Shown: positions 19,146 through 27,893 of the stretch, piece after piece
How the letters are laid out: each line of letters begins with the position of its first letter
Numbering within the stretch: position 1 is the stretch's first letter
Source of the DNA: Candidatus Gastranaerophilales bacterium
GTDB taxonomy: Bacteria > Cyanobacteriota > Vampirovibrionia > Gastranaerophilales > Gastranaerophilaceae
Length of the DNA: 64,000 nt
Direction: 5' to 3'
Assembly (NCBI GenBank): GCA_944324865.1
Contig: CALUXW010000004.1
Coordinates: 7,378 to 71,377, forward strand
Made by a program: the position numbers and the translations under genes
Notes under the pieces: generated by a model
Seen by the model: only the letters and a program-made list of their open reading frames with translations
Database searches by the model: none
Told to the model about the DNA's origin: nothing

Positions 19146-20012
19146 TTAATTCCTTCTTAATTTCTTTATAATAGGTAATTCAGATTCATAAACAATTTTT
19201 TTACCATCTCCTTTAATCACATTTAGTAACCTTATATCTCTAACAAGGCGCCTTAAGCCATCGGGCTCAAGACTTGCAGGATGATCAGAACCCCAGAGCG
19301 TTCTATCTGTGGTAATATGCCTTTCAACTGCACAAGCTCCCATAGAAGCAGCCAAAACAGAAGGGAATACACCCTTTTCATGTCCGCTATACCCAATAGG
19401 GCATTTGTAACGTTTCAGGTAATTAGGTATGACATTTAAATTTAGTTCTGACTCACAACTTGGGTAAGTCGAAGTGCAGTGCATAAGCACAAGATTATCC
19501 TCACCCAAAATACTTAATGCATGATCAATTTGTTCCTGTGTGCTCATACCTGTAGCAAGCAAAATTGGTCGTCCTTTGCTTTTAATATAAGAAATTAATT
19601 TATCATTTGTAAGGCAAGCTGAAGAAATCTTGTGACAAGGGGGATTAAATTGTTCGATAAAATCTACTGATGCTTCATCCCAACATGATGCAAACCAAAG
19701 CATAGAGAGCTTTTTGCAATATTCGTCTATAATTTTATACTCATTATATCCGAATTCAAGTCCTCTTTTCAAATCCCCATTCGTATTACCAAAGGGATTG
19801 GGGCGCTCCATAGCAAGTTCATGCTCACTGTAAACTACTTCCACAGTTCTTTTTTGAAATTTAACTGCATCTGCACCCAGTTCATGTGCCATTTTAATTA
19901 ACTTTTTTGCAAGTTCAATATTTCCGTTATGGTTTATGCCTATTTCAGCAATTATAAAACAATGACTTAAATCACCAACATTATACTTGCCTATTTTAAC
20001 AACCTTCTGCAT
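19146..20012 (-). CDS. NeuB-family sialic-acid-type (nonulosonate) synthase lacking a full SAF domain
   Basis: FIIAEIGINHNGNIELAKKLIKMAHELGADAVKFQKR, GYSGHE and ERHIT motifs. At 288 aa it ends shortly after the TIM barrel. Confidence 0.8.
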   Translation of the reverse strand: MQKVVKIGKYNVGDLSHCFIIAEIGINHNGNIELAKKLIKMAHELGADAVKFQKRTVEVVYSEHELAMERPNPFGNTNGDLKRGLEFGYNEYKIIDEYCKKLSMLWFASCWDEASVDFIEQFNPPCHKISSACLTNDKLISYIKSKGRPILLATGMSTQEQIDHALSILGEDNLVLMHCTSTYPSCESELNLNVIPNYLKRYKCPIGYSGHEKGVFPSVLAASMGACAVERHITTDRTLWGSDHPASLEPDGLRRLVRDIRLLNVIKGDGKKIVYESELPIIKKLRRN

Positions 20013-20015
20013 TTT

Positions 20016-20450
20016 TTATTCCTTATTAACATTTTGCAAATCAAATTCCCTCAATAAATTAATTTGATTTTCTGTCGCACCCAATACAAGACATTTTCCA
20101 TTTATTTCAACCACATAAATAAATTTTCCTTGTCCCAATGATGTCGTTGAAATAATATCAACTTTATACAAATCATTAAAATCATTTGTCTTTTTATTTA
20201 TTTTCGAATTAACACCAATAAGTTTTTGATAAAAATAGCCAGTAAAATAAATCAGACAAATTACAATAATAAGACCAAAAACAAGGGTAAAATAATTTGG
20301 TTCATAGTTATCATGTTTAAGTACTTCACTAAACTCAGGTGAGGAATATGGAGAATCCATAGCAAAAACAGCAGTTGAATATAGAAATAGTAATAATGTA
20401 TAAAATAGCTTTTTAATTTTTTTATCTCCTAAAATTTGAACCAACAACAT
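20016..20450 (-). CDS. small membrane protein with a FliO-like C-terminal segment
   Basis: N-terminal signal/TM, a second TM (YFTLVFGLIIVICLIYFTGYF), then IISTTSLGQGKFIYVVEINGKCLVLGATENQINLL, which matches the FliO-family pattern. Pattern recognition only. Confidence 0.45.
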   Translation of the reverse strand: MLLVQILGDKKIKKLFYTLLLFLYSTAVFAMDSPYSSPEFSEVLKHDNYEPNYFTLVFGLIIVICLIYFTGYFYQKLIGVNSKINKKTNDFNDLYKVDIISTTSLGQGKFIYVVEINGKCLVLGATENQINLLREFDLQNVNKE

Positions 20451-20838
20451 CTGAAATAAAAGGTAAATAAGGATATCTCCCTAAAAAAGAAAAAATTGCA
20501 AGATAGCAGGTAATAACAAAAATAATAAGACCCCAAAGTGTATATCCGAAATAAATTGGAGTTTGTGCAAAAAATATACTAAAATCATTTATAATTTTAC
20601 CCAAAAAAGGTACAGCACTTAAAAGTCCCGAAACTATTGAGCAAAATAATGAAAGTATATAGAGAAAAATTGAAAAAAATATTGATTGATAAATATTATA
20701 TGAACAAAATGAAGACATTTGATTTTTTGCAATATAAGATACTACAATCCAAACTACGCCTGCTATACCGAAAGTCAGATAAGAAAGACAGGAAATTATT
20801 CTCTCTGTTATTTGAACACCAAACCCGCTTGATCGCAT
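20422..20838 (-). CDS. four-TM membrane protein, Tic20/DUF4870-like
   Basis: ERIISCLSYLTFGIAG...SFCSYNIYQSIFFSI resembles the Tic20-like family signature. 138 aa and hydrophobic throughout. Confidence 0.45.
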   Translation of the reverse strand: MRSSGFGVQITERIISCLSYLTFGIAGVVWIVVSYIAKNQMSSFCSYNIYQSIFFSIFLYILSLFCSIVSGLLSAVPFLGKIINDFSIFFAQTPIYFGYTLWGLIIFVITCYLAIFSFLGRYPYLPFISDVVGSNFRR

Positions 20839-20839
20839 A

Positions 20840-21880
20840 TCAACTTACCTTTTTTAATATAAAATTATTTGCAACATCAGTATATATTAGTTTGATTTCA
20901 AGATTTGCAGGATCTTCTTTAATTGCCAATCTGTAGTATTTTGCAGCTTCAGGAATATTCTCCAGCATTATATAAGCATTGGCCATCAATACATATATTT
21001 TTGTTCTCTTATCTGTAAGCTTAGTTGCCTTTTCATAAAGAGAAATTGCCTCTTGATAACGCTTTTGTCCTATTAAAATATTTGCCAATAATAAATAAGC
21101 GTTTGGTTTTGAAACATCAAGTTCAATCGCATGTTTAAATAAAGTCATGGCCTCATCCAGGTCACCTTCGTCGGCTTTTGCTATTGCCCTACATACCCAA
21201 GCCGAATAATAATTAGGATCAATTTTTGTTGTTAAATCAAAATACTTTTCTGCATCTTTGAATTTTTCCAAAGATGCATATGAATTAGCCAAACAAAGAC
21301 ATGCTTTTTTGTCCGATGTATCAAATTCATAAGCAATTTTATAGTGCTCGCAAGCACTTTCAAATTCACCCATTTTTTGATATACATTTGCAAGATTTAT
21401 ATGATACTCGGAACAGGTTGAATCAACATCGATAGCCTTTTGATAAAATCTTCTTGCTTCTTGATATTCCTCGTTATCTTGATACAAAAAACCTATTGCA
21501 TTATAAACATCTGCAGTATTAGGCTTAATCTCAAGAGCAATATTATAATATTTAAGTGCATTTTGAAAACTGCCTATTTCGGCATACACATTACCAAGAT
21601 TATAATTAACTGCAAAAGAAGTCGGTTCTATTTTACTTGCTTTTAAATAATTTTCAACAGCTTTTTCGTAGTCTTTTTTAAAAAAATATATACTACCAGT
21701 GTTTATAAGTGCCTGTAAATCATCAGGAAACTTTTTCAATAAATCTTCATATACGCACAGAGCATTAAAATAATCCTCCTCTGCAACATATATATTCGCA
21801 AGTGCCCTATAATTTTCGTCACAATCAGGCAGTTGTGCTATTTTATTTTTCAATTCTTTTATTAAAATTTCTTTATGCAT
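20840..21880 (-). CDS. TPR repeat protein
   Basis: Consecutive TPR units (ALANIYVAEEDYFNALCVYEDLLK, etc.). Start moved to ATG 21880, because the upstream 69-aa ORF ends at 21894. Confidence 0.8.
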   Translation of the reverse strand: MHKEILIKELKNKIAQLPDCDENYRALANIYVAEEDYFNALCVYEDLLKKFPDDLQALINTGSIYFFKKDYEKAVENYLKASKIEPTSFAVNYNLGNVYAEIGSFQNALKYYNIALEIKPNTADVYNAIGFLYQDNEEYQEARRFYQKAIDVDSTCSEYHINLANVYQKMGEFESACEHYKIAYEFDTSDKKACLCLANSYASLEKFKDAEKYFDLTTKIDPNYYSAWVCRAIAKADEGDLDEAMTLFKHAIELDVSKPNAYLLLANILIGQKRYQEAISLYEKATKLTDKRTKIYVLMANAYIMLENIPEAAKYYRLAIKEDPANLEIKLIYTDVANNFILKKVS

Positions 21881-21893
21881 TGTATTTTCTTTC

Positions 21894-22103
21894 TTAATTT
21901 TTGTTATATACTGTAGTATTTTCAAATATGTAGCGAGATTGTGCCAATGCAACAGACTTGAGTGAACAAATTCCTCCGTTTGTATCATTAAAAACTCCGA
22001 TTGCTTTAAGTCTGTTTACAACAAGTTCATTAAGCTCATCTTTTGAAATAAATAGAGCACACTCATTATTACAACGATCATTATTAAAAGGACATTTACT
22101 CAT
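21894..22103 (-). CDS. small Cys-containing hypothetical protein (69 aa)
   Basis: Product begins MSKCPFNNDRCNNECALF. TATAAT (22116-22111) lies 7 nt upstream of the ATG. First gene of the long minus-strand run. Confidence 0.5.
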   Translation of the reverse strand: MSKCPFNNDRCNNECALFISKDELNELVVNRLKAIGVFNDTNGGICSLKSVALAQSRYIFENTTVYNKN

Positions 22104-22174
22104 GCTTGCAATTATACTATATAAAAAAATATTTTAAAATCGTACGTTTTGTTTATTATATAATTTATATTATT

Positions 22175-23164
22175 ATGAAAATACTTTTTATTATAGATGA
22201 ATTAGAATTTAAATATTTTGAATTCAATAAACTTGTCACAAATTTTTGGTTAAATGTTGAATTTTTAAATCGTGCACATAAGGTATATGTTGCAACCAAA
22301 AATATGTTAAATGTGAAAAATTCAACACCTTGGTGTTTTTGTGCAGCTACATATTTTAAAAATAATGAACTGTACAAGCAGATAAATGCTCAAAATATAC
22401 CACTTGAAACTTTCGATGCAATATTTTTCAGACCTGACCCTCCATTTGATATTAATTATCTTAATGCAACATATATACTAAGCATGGTCAATCAAGAAAA
22501 AACCGTTATTTTGAATTCGCCCGATGCAATCAGAAATAAAAACGAAAAGTTATACATAAACGATTTTCCTTCTATTTCTCCAAAAAATACCGTAACTTCA
22601 AACCCAAAACAAATTAGAGAGTTTTTAAAAGAAAACAAAGAAATTGTAATAAAACCCCTTAACCGCTGCTTTTCAAGCGGAGTATTTTATCTTTACGAGG
22701 GGGATAAAAATACAAACACAATTATAAATACGGCAACGGAAAACGGAAAAACTACAGTTATGGTGCAAGAGTTTTTGCCCGAAATAAAAGAAGGCGACAA
22801 AAGGCTTATATTCATATGCGGTGAAATTCTTGACTACAGTGTACAAAAAGTAGCAACAAATGATGATTTTAAATTCAATGAACATTGTGATAAAAATTTA
22901 AAATCAACAAATCTGACGCATTATGAAAAAAACATCGAAAATATTGTTTGCGAAAAATTATTACAAGACGGCGTTGTAATGGCAGGACTTGACACTATAT
23001 GCGGTAAAGTCATCGAAATAAACATCACAAGCCCATGCTTCTTTATAAAGGAAATAAATTCTTTATATAATATAAAATTAGAAAAAATTATAGTCGAAAA
23101 ATTAGAAAACTACATTTGCAAAAAATTAAACATCCGTCCTGCAAGTGTTTGTGTAAATTATTAA
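22175..23164 (+). CDS. gshB: glutathione synthetase-like ATP-grasp enzyme
   Basis: FFRPDPPFDINYLNATYIL is the typical GshB N-domain motif, followed by an ATP-grasp C-half (VIKPLN, MVQEFLPE, DKRLIF). Start moved to ATG 22175. Confidence 0.75.
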   Translation: MKILFIIDELEFKYFEFNKLVTNFWLNVEFLNRAHKVYVATKNMLNVKNSTPWCFCAATYFKNNELYKQINAQNIPLETFDAIFFRPDPPFDINYLNATYILSMVNQEKTVILNSPDAIRNKNEKLYINDFPSISPKNTVTSNPKQIREFLKENKEIVIKPLNRCFSSGVFYLYEGDKNTNTIINTATENGKTTVMVQEFLPEIKEGDKRLIFICGEILDYSVQKVATNDDFKFNEHCDKNLKSTNLTHYEKNIENIVCEKLLQDGVVMAGLDTICGKVIEINITSPCFFIKEINSLYNIKLEKIIVEKLENYICKKLNIRPASVCVNY

Positions 23165-23227
23165 GAACTGTAAATCAATTTCTTGCTACTAGCAAAGAAA
23201 AATATTTTTTTACTTTATACTAATACC

Positions 23228-24112
23228 ATGAATATTGAGCATTTAACATCAAAGTTTAATTTTAATTCTTCGCCGCATACAATTAACACGAAGAATAAAA
23301 TAAAGCAACATGCACAATATTACGGTAGTAGCACAGGTGTAATAAGAGAGAGCGTAAAAAATAACAACAGACCCGCTAAAAGTATAAACTTTAGCGGGTC
23401 TGCAGGTTTAAAAACAGATACCGCTGAATTAGTACAAAAAACTATTGAAAAACTTGTAAATGAAGGTGTAAGAGAATATAAAAATGTAAAAAAACCCACT
23501 AACTTAACTTCAAAAATAATCAATTCAGATTTCTTTAATAAAGCTTTGCTTCTTGTTAAAGAAAATGAAGCTCTTTTTGAAAATATTATTACAATATTTC
23601 TTGCCGGCCTTTTAAAACCAATATGCGTACTTGCTATGCCAGGTGCTGAAGAGGAAGATAAGCAAGTAGCTGCAACCAAAAATTTTGTCGGCGCAGTCAC
23701 AAGTTTTGTTCTATCAGCTTTAATCCTCACTCCCGTATCAAAAGGTGTCAAAAGGGTAGTTGCAGATTTACCAAAATACATTAAAAAACCAAAATACAGA
23801 AAGCTTATAGATCCTAGTGAATTTGGAGATGATTTTGTCATGATAAGTAAAAATGGCAAAAAGCTAATGGCTGGAGATTTGGCTGATGCATTTTCTACTT
23901 TCTACAAAAAAGTTGCAGACTTAGGTATTACACCAACCAAAGCGGCAATCACAATAGCGTTTATGCCACATTTACTTAATGTTTTATTTGGCAAAAGAAA
24001 AGCTGAAAAAGCAGCTGCAAAAAAAGCTATGGAGCAAATTAAAAGCGAACAAATAACTCTAAATAAAAACGAACAAGTATTTAAAAAATTTACAGGGGGC
24101 ATTGTACAATGA
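23228..24112 (+). CDS. hypothetical membrane protein, family member A (N-terminal INFSG motif)
   Basis: Three predicted TM segments and a basic C-terminal tail (LLNVLFGKRKAEK). TATACT (23216-23221) lies 6 nt upstream of ATG 23228, so the ORF-track 23183 start was rejected. Confidence 0.6.
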   Translation: MNIEHLTSKFNFNSSPHTINTKNKIKQHAQYYGSSTGVIRESVKNNNRPAKSINFSGSAGLKTDTAELVQKTIEKLVNEGVREYKNVKKPTNLTSKIINSDFFNKALLLVKENEALFENIITIFLAGLLKPICVLAMPGAEEEDKQVAATKNFVGAVTSFVLSALILTPVSKGVKRVVADLPKYIKKPKYRKLIDPSEFGDDFVMISKNGKKLMAGDLADAFSTFYKKVADLGITPTKAAITIAFMPHLLNVLFGKRKAEKAAAKKAMEQIKSEQITLNKNEQVFKKFTGGIVQ

Positions 24113-25089
24113 AAATAGCTTCCATAAACCAGTACAATAAAAATAACACAAACTTTAAAGGTACATCCTCAATAGAAAAATATACTGATGAAATCCAGAA
24201 AGCAATAAAAGAATCAATTCAAAACTCTTTTGCAGACGTATTACTTGAAACATCAGGAGATGTATCGATAATAAGAAAATTTATATCAAAATTTCCTATT
24301 ACGGAAAAAATATACAAGTTTTTTACAGACAACTCTTTTATTCACAAAATAAGTGACTTCTTTAAAAAAAATACAATATTAAACAAAATAAAAAAAATTC
24401 GAAAAAGCGCAAATGACAAAGTAATAGATGGTATCGCAGCTATTATAGGAAAAGCAGCAAATACAAATACTTCCGAAAAACTTGTTGAAACATTGAGTCA
24501 TTTCAAAAAACCATCTGCAAGAATGGCGGATTTAGCATCTTTTGCAATTACATTCTTTTATGTAAATAACACCAGAAAATCTAAGAAAATTGAAGAAGAT
24601 CGTAAAATGCCTCTTATGGTGAACAATATTACTGTAACTGCAGTTTCATCAACTATGGCAGCACTGATTGATAAAGGCAGTGACGTTGTTCTAGATAGGG
24701 TAAAAGGCTCACTTTGCTTTGAAAAAGGTAAAAATGTTGTTGACAATGTATTAAATACCGTACCGGATATTACAGACAAATTAAATGGTCACAGTATTGA
24801 AGACCTCACCGAAGACATTCTAAGATCAAAAGAATTTAGGATAAAAGTTAAAGATTACGCAAAACGCTTCGAAAAAGCAAAATCACTAACTATATTCTCA
24901 TTCACCGTAAGGTTTTTAATAACTGTACTTATGGTTCCTGTTGCAGGGAAAATAGTTAAGTTAATTAAAGAAAACACAATAAATAAAGATAAACACCAAA
25001 ATATTGAAAACAGTCATCCGGAGAAAAAAGATAAAATAAATAAAGAAGAAACAGATGACAACACTGATGATGCTAAAAACAAAGACTAA
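24109..25089 (+). CDS. hypothetical membrane protein, family member B (N-terminal TNFKG motif)
   Basis: ATGA overlap with the preceding gene. Has TM segments and a K/D/E-rich C-terminal tail. No known motif. Confidence 0.6.
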   Translation: MKIASINQYNKNNTNFKGTSSIEKYTDEIQKAIKESIQNSFADVLLETSGDVSIIRKFISKFPITEKIYKFFTDNSFIHKISDFFKKNTILNKIKKIRKSANDKVIDGIAAIIGKAANTNTSEKLVETLSHFKKPSARMADLASFAITFFYVNNTRKSKKIEEDRKMPLMVNNITVTAVSSTMAALIDKGSDVVLDRVKGSLCFEKGKNVVDNVLNTVPDITDKLNGHSIEDLTEDILRSKEFRIKVKDYAKRFEKAKSLTIFSFTVRFLITVLMVPVAGKIVKLIKENTINKDKHQNIENSHPEKKDKINKEETDDNTDDAKNKD

Positions 25090-25118
25090 CAAATAATAAG
25101 TTTTATAAACATAATTAA

Positions 25119-25166
25119 GCACAAAAATTTCACATAAATGTCATTTTTATGCTTTAATATTTTTTT
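25119..25166 (+). terminator. possible AU-rich terminator hairpin
   Basis: gcacaaaaat...atttttatgc forms an imperfect 10-bp stem with an inner acat/atgt pairing, followed by tttaatattttttt. Confidence 0.3.
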
Positions 25167-25193
25167 GTTACAGTACTAAGTTGGAGTATAAAC

Positions 25194-26228
25194 ATGATTG
25201 TTGTAATGGAGCCCAAGGCAACAGATAAACAAATTGAAAAGGTTGTCGACTATATTCAATCAAAAGGGTTAAGAGTTAATATTAACAGAGGTGAGCATTT
25301 AACTGTTATAGCCGTTTTAGGAGATAAAGCAAAGCTAAACTCAACAAGTATAAACGCTTTTGATGGTGTTCATGAGACAAAAATTATCCAAGAACCTTAT
25401 AAACTTGTTTCAAGAAGCACAAAGGAAGAAGATACAATAATTGAATTTAAAAACGGTGTTAAAATTGGCGGATTGGAAAGACCTGTTATCATGGCGGGTC
25501 CATGCAGCGTAGAAAAAGATTATGAAGGTCTTTTAAAAGTTGCAAAAGCAGCTAAAGAGATGGGATGTCAATTTTTAAGAGGTGGTGCTTTTAAACCCAG
25601 AACTTCACCTTACGATTTTCAAGGGTTGGAAGAAAAAGGTTTAGAATATCTCGCACAAGCAAGGAAAGAAACCGGTCTACTTGTTGTAACAGAAATTATG
25701 GATACAATGGATATTCCTCTTGTATGTAAATATGCCGATATTTTACAAGTAGGCGCAAGAAACATGCAAAATTTTAAAATGCTAAAAGCATTAGGCAGAA
25801 TAGATAAACCTGTTATGATTAAAAGGGGACCTGCTGCAACAATAAGAGAGTTCTTACTTGCAGCAGAATATGTCGTTTACAACGGAAATCCAAATGTTAT
25901 TCTTTGCGAAAGAGGTATTAAAGGAATTGATAATGACTTTACAAGAAACACTTTAGATATTGCAGCAGTGCCAATTATAAGAAAATACTCACATTTGCCG
26001 ATTATCGTTGACCCATCCCATGGTACAGGCAAACGTTATCTTATTGAACCAATGGGCAAAGCAGCACTTATAGCTGGTGCATGCGGCTTAATGATTGAAG
26101 TTCACCATGACCCGGATCATGCTTCATCAGATGGTGCACAAAGTTTAAGTATCGAACAATTTAAAGACATTGCAAAAAGATTAAATAAATTAATTGGCAG
26201 AATAGATTATGATAATAAAAATACATAG
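25194..26228 (+). CDS. aroF: 3-deoxy-7-phosphoheptulonate (DAHP) synthase, type I-beta, with an N-terminal ferredoxin-like regulatory domain
   Basis: MIVVMEPKA...VIAVLGD N-domain, then IMAGPCSVE, GAFKPRTSPY, QVGARNMQNF, KRG and VDPSH motifs. SD ggag sits 8 nt upstream. Confidence 0.9.
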   Translation: MIVVMEPKATDKQIEKVVDYIQSKGLRVNINRGEHLTVIAVLGDKAKLNSTSINAFDGVHETKIIQEPYKLVSRSTKEEDTIIEFKNGVKIGGLERPVIMAGPCSVEKDYEGLLKVAKAAKEMGCQFLRGGAFKPRTSPYDFQGLEEKGLEYLAQARKETGLLVVTEIMDTMDIPLVCKYADILQVGARNMQNFKMLKALGRIDKPVMIKRGPAATIREFLLAAEYVVYNGNPNVILCERGIKGIDNDFTRNTLDIAAVPIIRKYSHLPIIVDPSHGTGKRYLIEPMGKAALIAGACGLMIEVHHDPDHASSDGAQSLSIEQFKDIAKRLNKLIGRIDYDNKNT

Positions 26229-26229
26229 C

Positions 26230-26258
26230 AAAAAAGGGTCTTACATTGGCCCTTTTTT
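26230..26258. terminator. bidirectional Rho-independent terminator between aroF and the convergent acetyltransferase gene
   Basis: A6 run (26230-26235), gggtc (26236-26240), 7-nt loop, ggccc (26248-26252), T6 run (26253-26258). The right arm overlaps the last codons of the minus-strand gene. Confidence 0.6.
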
Positions 26259-26903
26259 GCTAATATATTGCGCATAATTATTACGTTCCCAGTCAATATT
26301 TTCTCTTATTTTTTTTGCCGGTACTCCTGCAATTAAAATATTTGATTCATCAAACTTTTTATTTACAAGAGACATTGCACCGACAACAGAACCATCTGAA
26401 ATTTTAGAGCCTTTTAGTATTACTGATCGCATACCAATCCAAACTTTATTACCAATAAAAATGTCGTCAGGTAAATTCAATACTTCGCCGGTGATTTTAT
26501 CCAAAATAACATGACCGTCATCATTTCTAATCATTATGTCACGTGCAAGCATGCACTCATCACCAATTTGAACAGTTTTATTATTTTTAGAAACAATATT
26601 AAGATTTCTATAAACCGAAAGTCCACTACCAACTTTTATTGTCGCGCCATTATCCAAACCAAAACTTGTATGTCTGATATATCTATGCTTTGTAGATTTT
26701 ATGGATAGATAATTTGAATCGCCAGAAATCGTAATTGAAGTAGAAATAAAATTACAGGGCAATTCAATTTCTACAATATTGTTATTACCGTTTATATCAA
26801 AACTTAATCCCTTGATTTCTTTGTAAGGAATTTTAACTCCGTTTTCTATAAGAAAAACATTATTATTATTACCGATTACTTTAAACTTTAAATCATTATT
26901 CAT
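26241..26903 (-). CDS. hexapeptide-repeat (left-handed beta-helix) sugar O-acetyltransferase
   Basis: C-terminal LbH repeats (IGNKVWIGMRSVILKGSKISDGSVVGAMSLV). Confidence 0.8.
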   Translation of the reverse strand: MNNDLKFKVIGNNNNVFLIENGVKIPYKEIKGLSFDINGNNNIVEIELPCNFISTSITISGDSNYLSIKSTKHRYIRHTSFGLDNGATIKVGSGLSVYRNLNIVSKNNKTVQIGDECMLARDIMIRNDDGHVILDKITGEVLNLPDDIFIGNKVWIGMRSVILKGSKISDGSVVGAMSLVNKKFDESNILIAGVPAKKIRENIDWERNNYAQYISKKGPM

Positions 26904-26909
26904 TTTAAA

Positions 26910-26938
26910 ATTATATCAATCCATATAAAAAGGGTCAA
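26910..26938 (-). promoter_or_regulatory. near-consensus sigma-70 promoter (TTGACC-N17 with TG-TATAAT), 6 nt from the ATG
   Basis: Read on the minus strand: TTGACC (26938-26933), a 17-nt spacer ending tga, TATAAT (26915-26910), tttaaa, then ATG (26903-26901). Confidence 0.6.
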
Positions 26939-26998
26939 TGTAAATCTTTATCTATTTTTTATTTGCGTAAATTATACACTTGTAATAAAATTTAAATT

Positions 26999-27874
26999 AT
27001 GACGATTACTTTTCAAGAACTGGCATTAAATTTATCAAAATATTGGTCCGACAATGGTTGCATAATCCAACAACCTTATGATATAGAAAAGGGTGCTTCC
27101 ACTATGAATCCTGCCACTTTTTTAAGATCACTGGGACCTGAACCATATAGTGTTGCAATGATAGAGCCTTGCAGGCGACCTACCGATGCCAGATATGGCG
27201 AAAACCCTAATCGCTTGGGGCATTATTTTCAATATCAAGTTATATTAAAACCATCGCCTGATAATGCACAAGACATTTATTTAAAATCACTTGAAGCAAT
27301 AGGCATAAATTTATATAAGCATGATGTGAGATTTGTAGAAGATAATTGGGAAAGCCCAACTCTTGGTGCAGCAGGTGTTGGCTGGGAAGTTTGGCTTGAT
27401 GGTATGGAAATAACCCAATTTACCTACTTTCAACAGGTTGGCGGCATAGAAGTTAAACCTGTAGCTCTTGAAATTACTTACGGGCTTGAGCGGATTGCAA
27501 TGTATTTACAAAATGTAAATTCTGTTTATGATGTCATGTGGAATAATCAGCTAAAGTATGGTGATATCTATTTGCAAAACGAAATAGAACAATCTAAATA
27601 TAATTTTGAATATTCTTCTCCCGAAAGATTATTTAAAATGTTTGATTTATTTGAAGCGGAGGCATTTTCTTCGCTTGATGCCGGAATTGTATTACCAGCT
27701 TACGACTGGGTTTTGAAATGCTCTCATACTTTTAATTTATTGGATGCAAGAGGAGTTATTTCAAAAGACGAAAGAGTTAATTATATTAACAGAGTAAGAA
27801 CAATGGCGGCAGCAGTTGCCCAATTATATGTAAAACAAAGGGAGAGCCTAGGTTTTCCTTTACTTAAGAAGTAG
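26999..27874 (+). CDS. glyQ: glycine-tRNA ligase alpha subunit
   Basis: [33 protein letters not shown] and [10 protein letters not shown] motifs. Confidence 0.95.
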   Translation: MTITFQELALNLSKYWSDNGCIIQQPYDIEKGASTMNPATFLRSLGPEPYSVAMIEPCRRPTDARYGENPNRLGHYFQYQVILKPSPDNAQDIYLKSLEAIGINLYKHDVRFVEDNWESPTLGAAGVGWEVWLDGMEITQFTYFQQVGGIEVKPVALEITYGLERIAMYLQNVNSVYDVMWNNQLKYGDIYLQNEIEQSKYNFEYSSPERLFKMFDLFEAEAFSSLDAGIVLPAYDWVLKCSHTFNLLDARGVISKDERVNYINRVRTMAAAVAQLYVKQRESLGFPLLKK

Positions 27875-27893
27875 ATTGGAAAATTCTTAAAGG

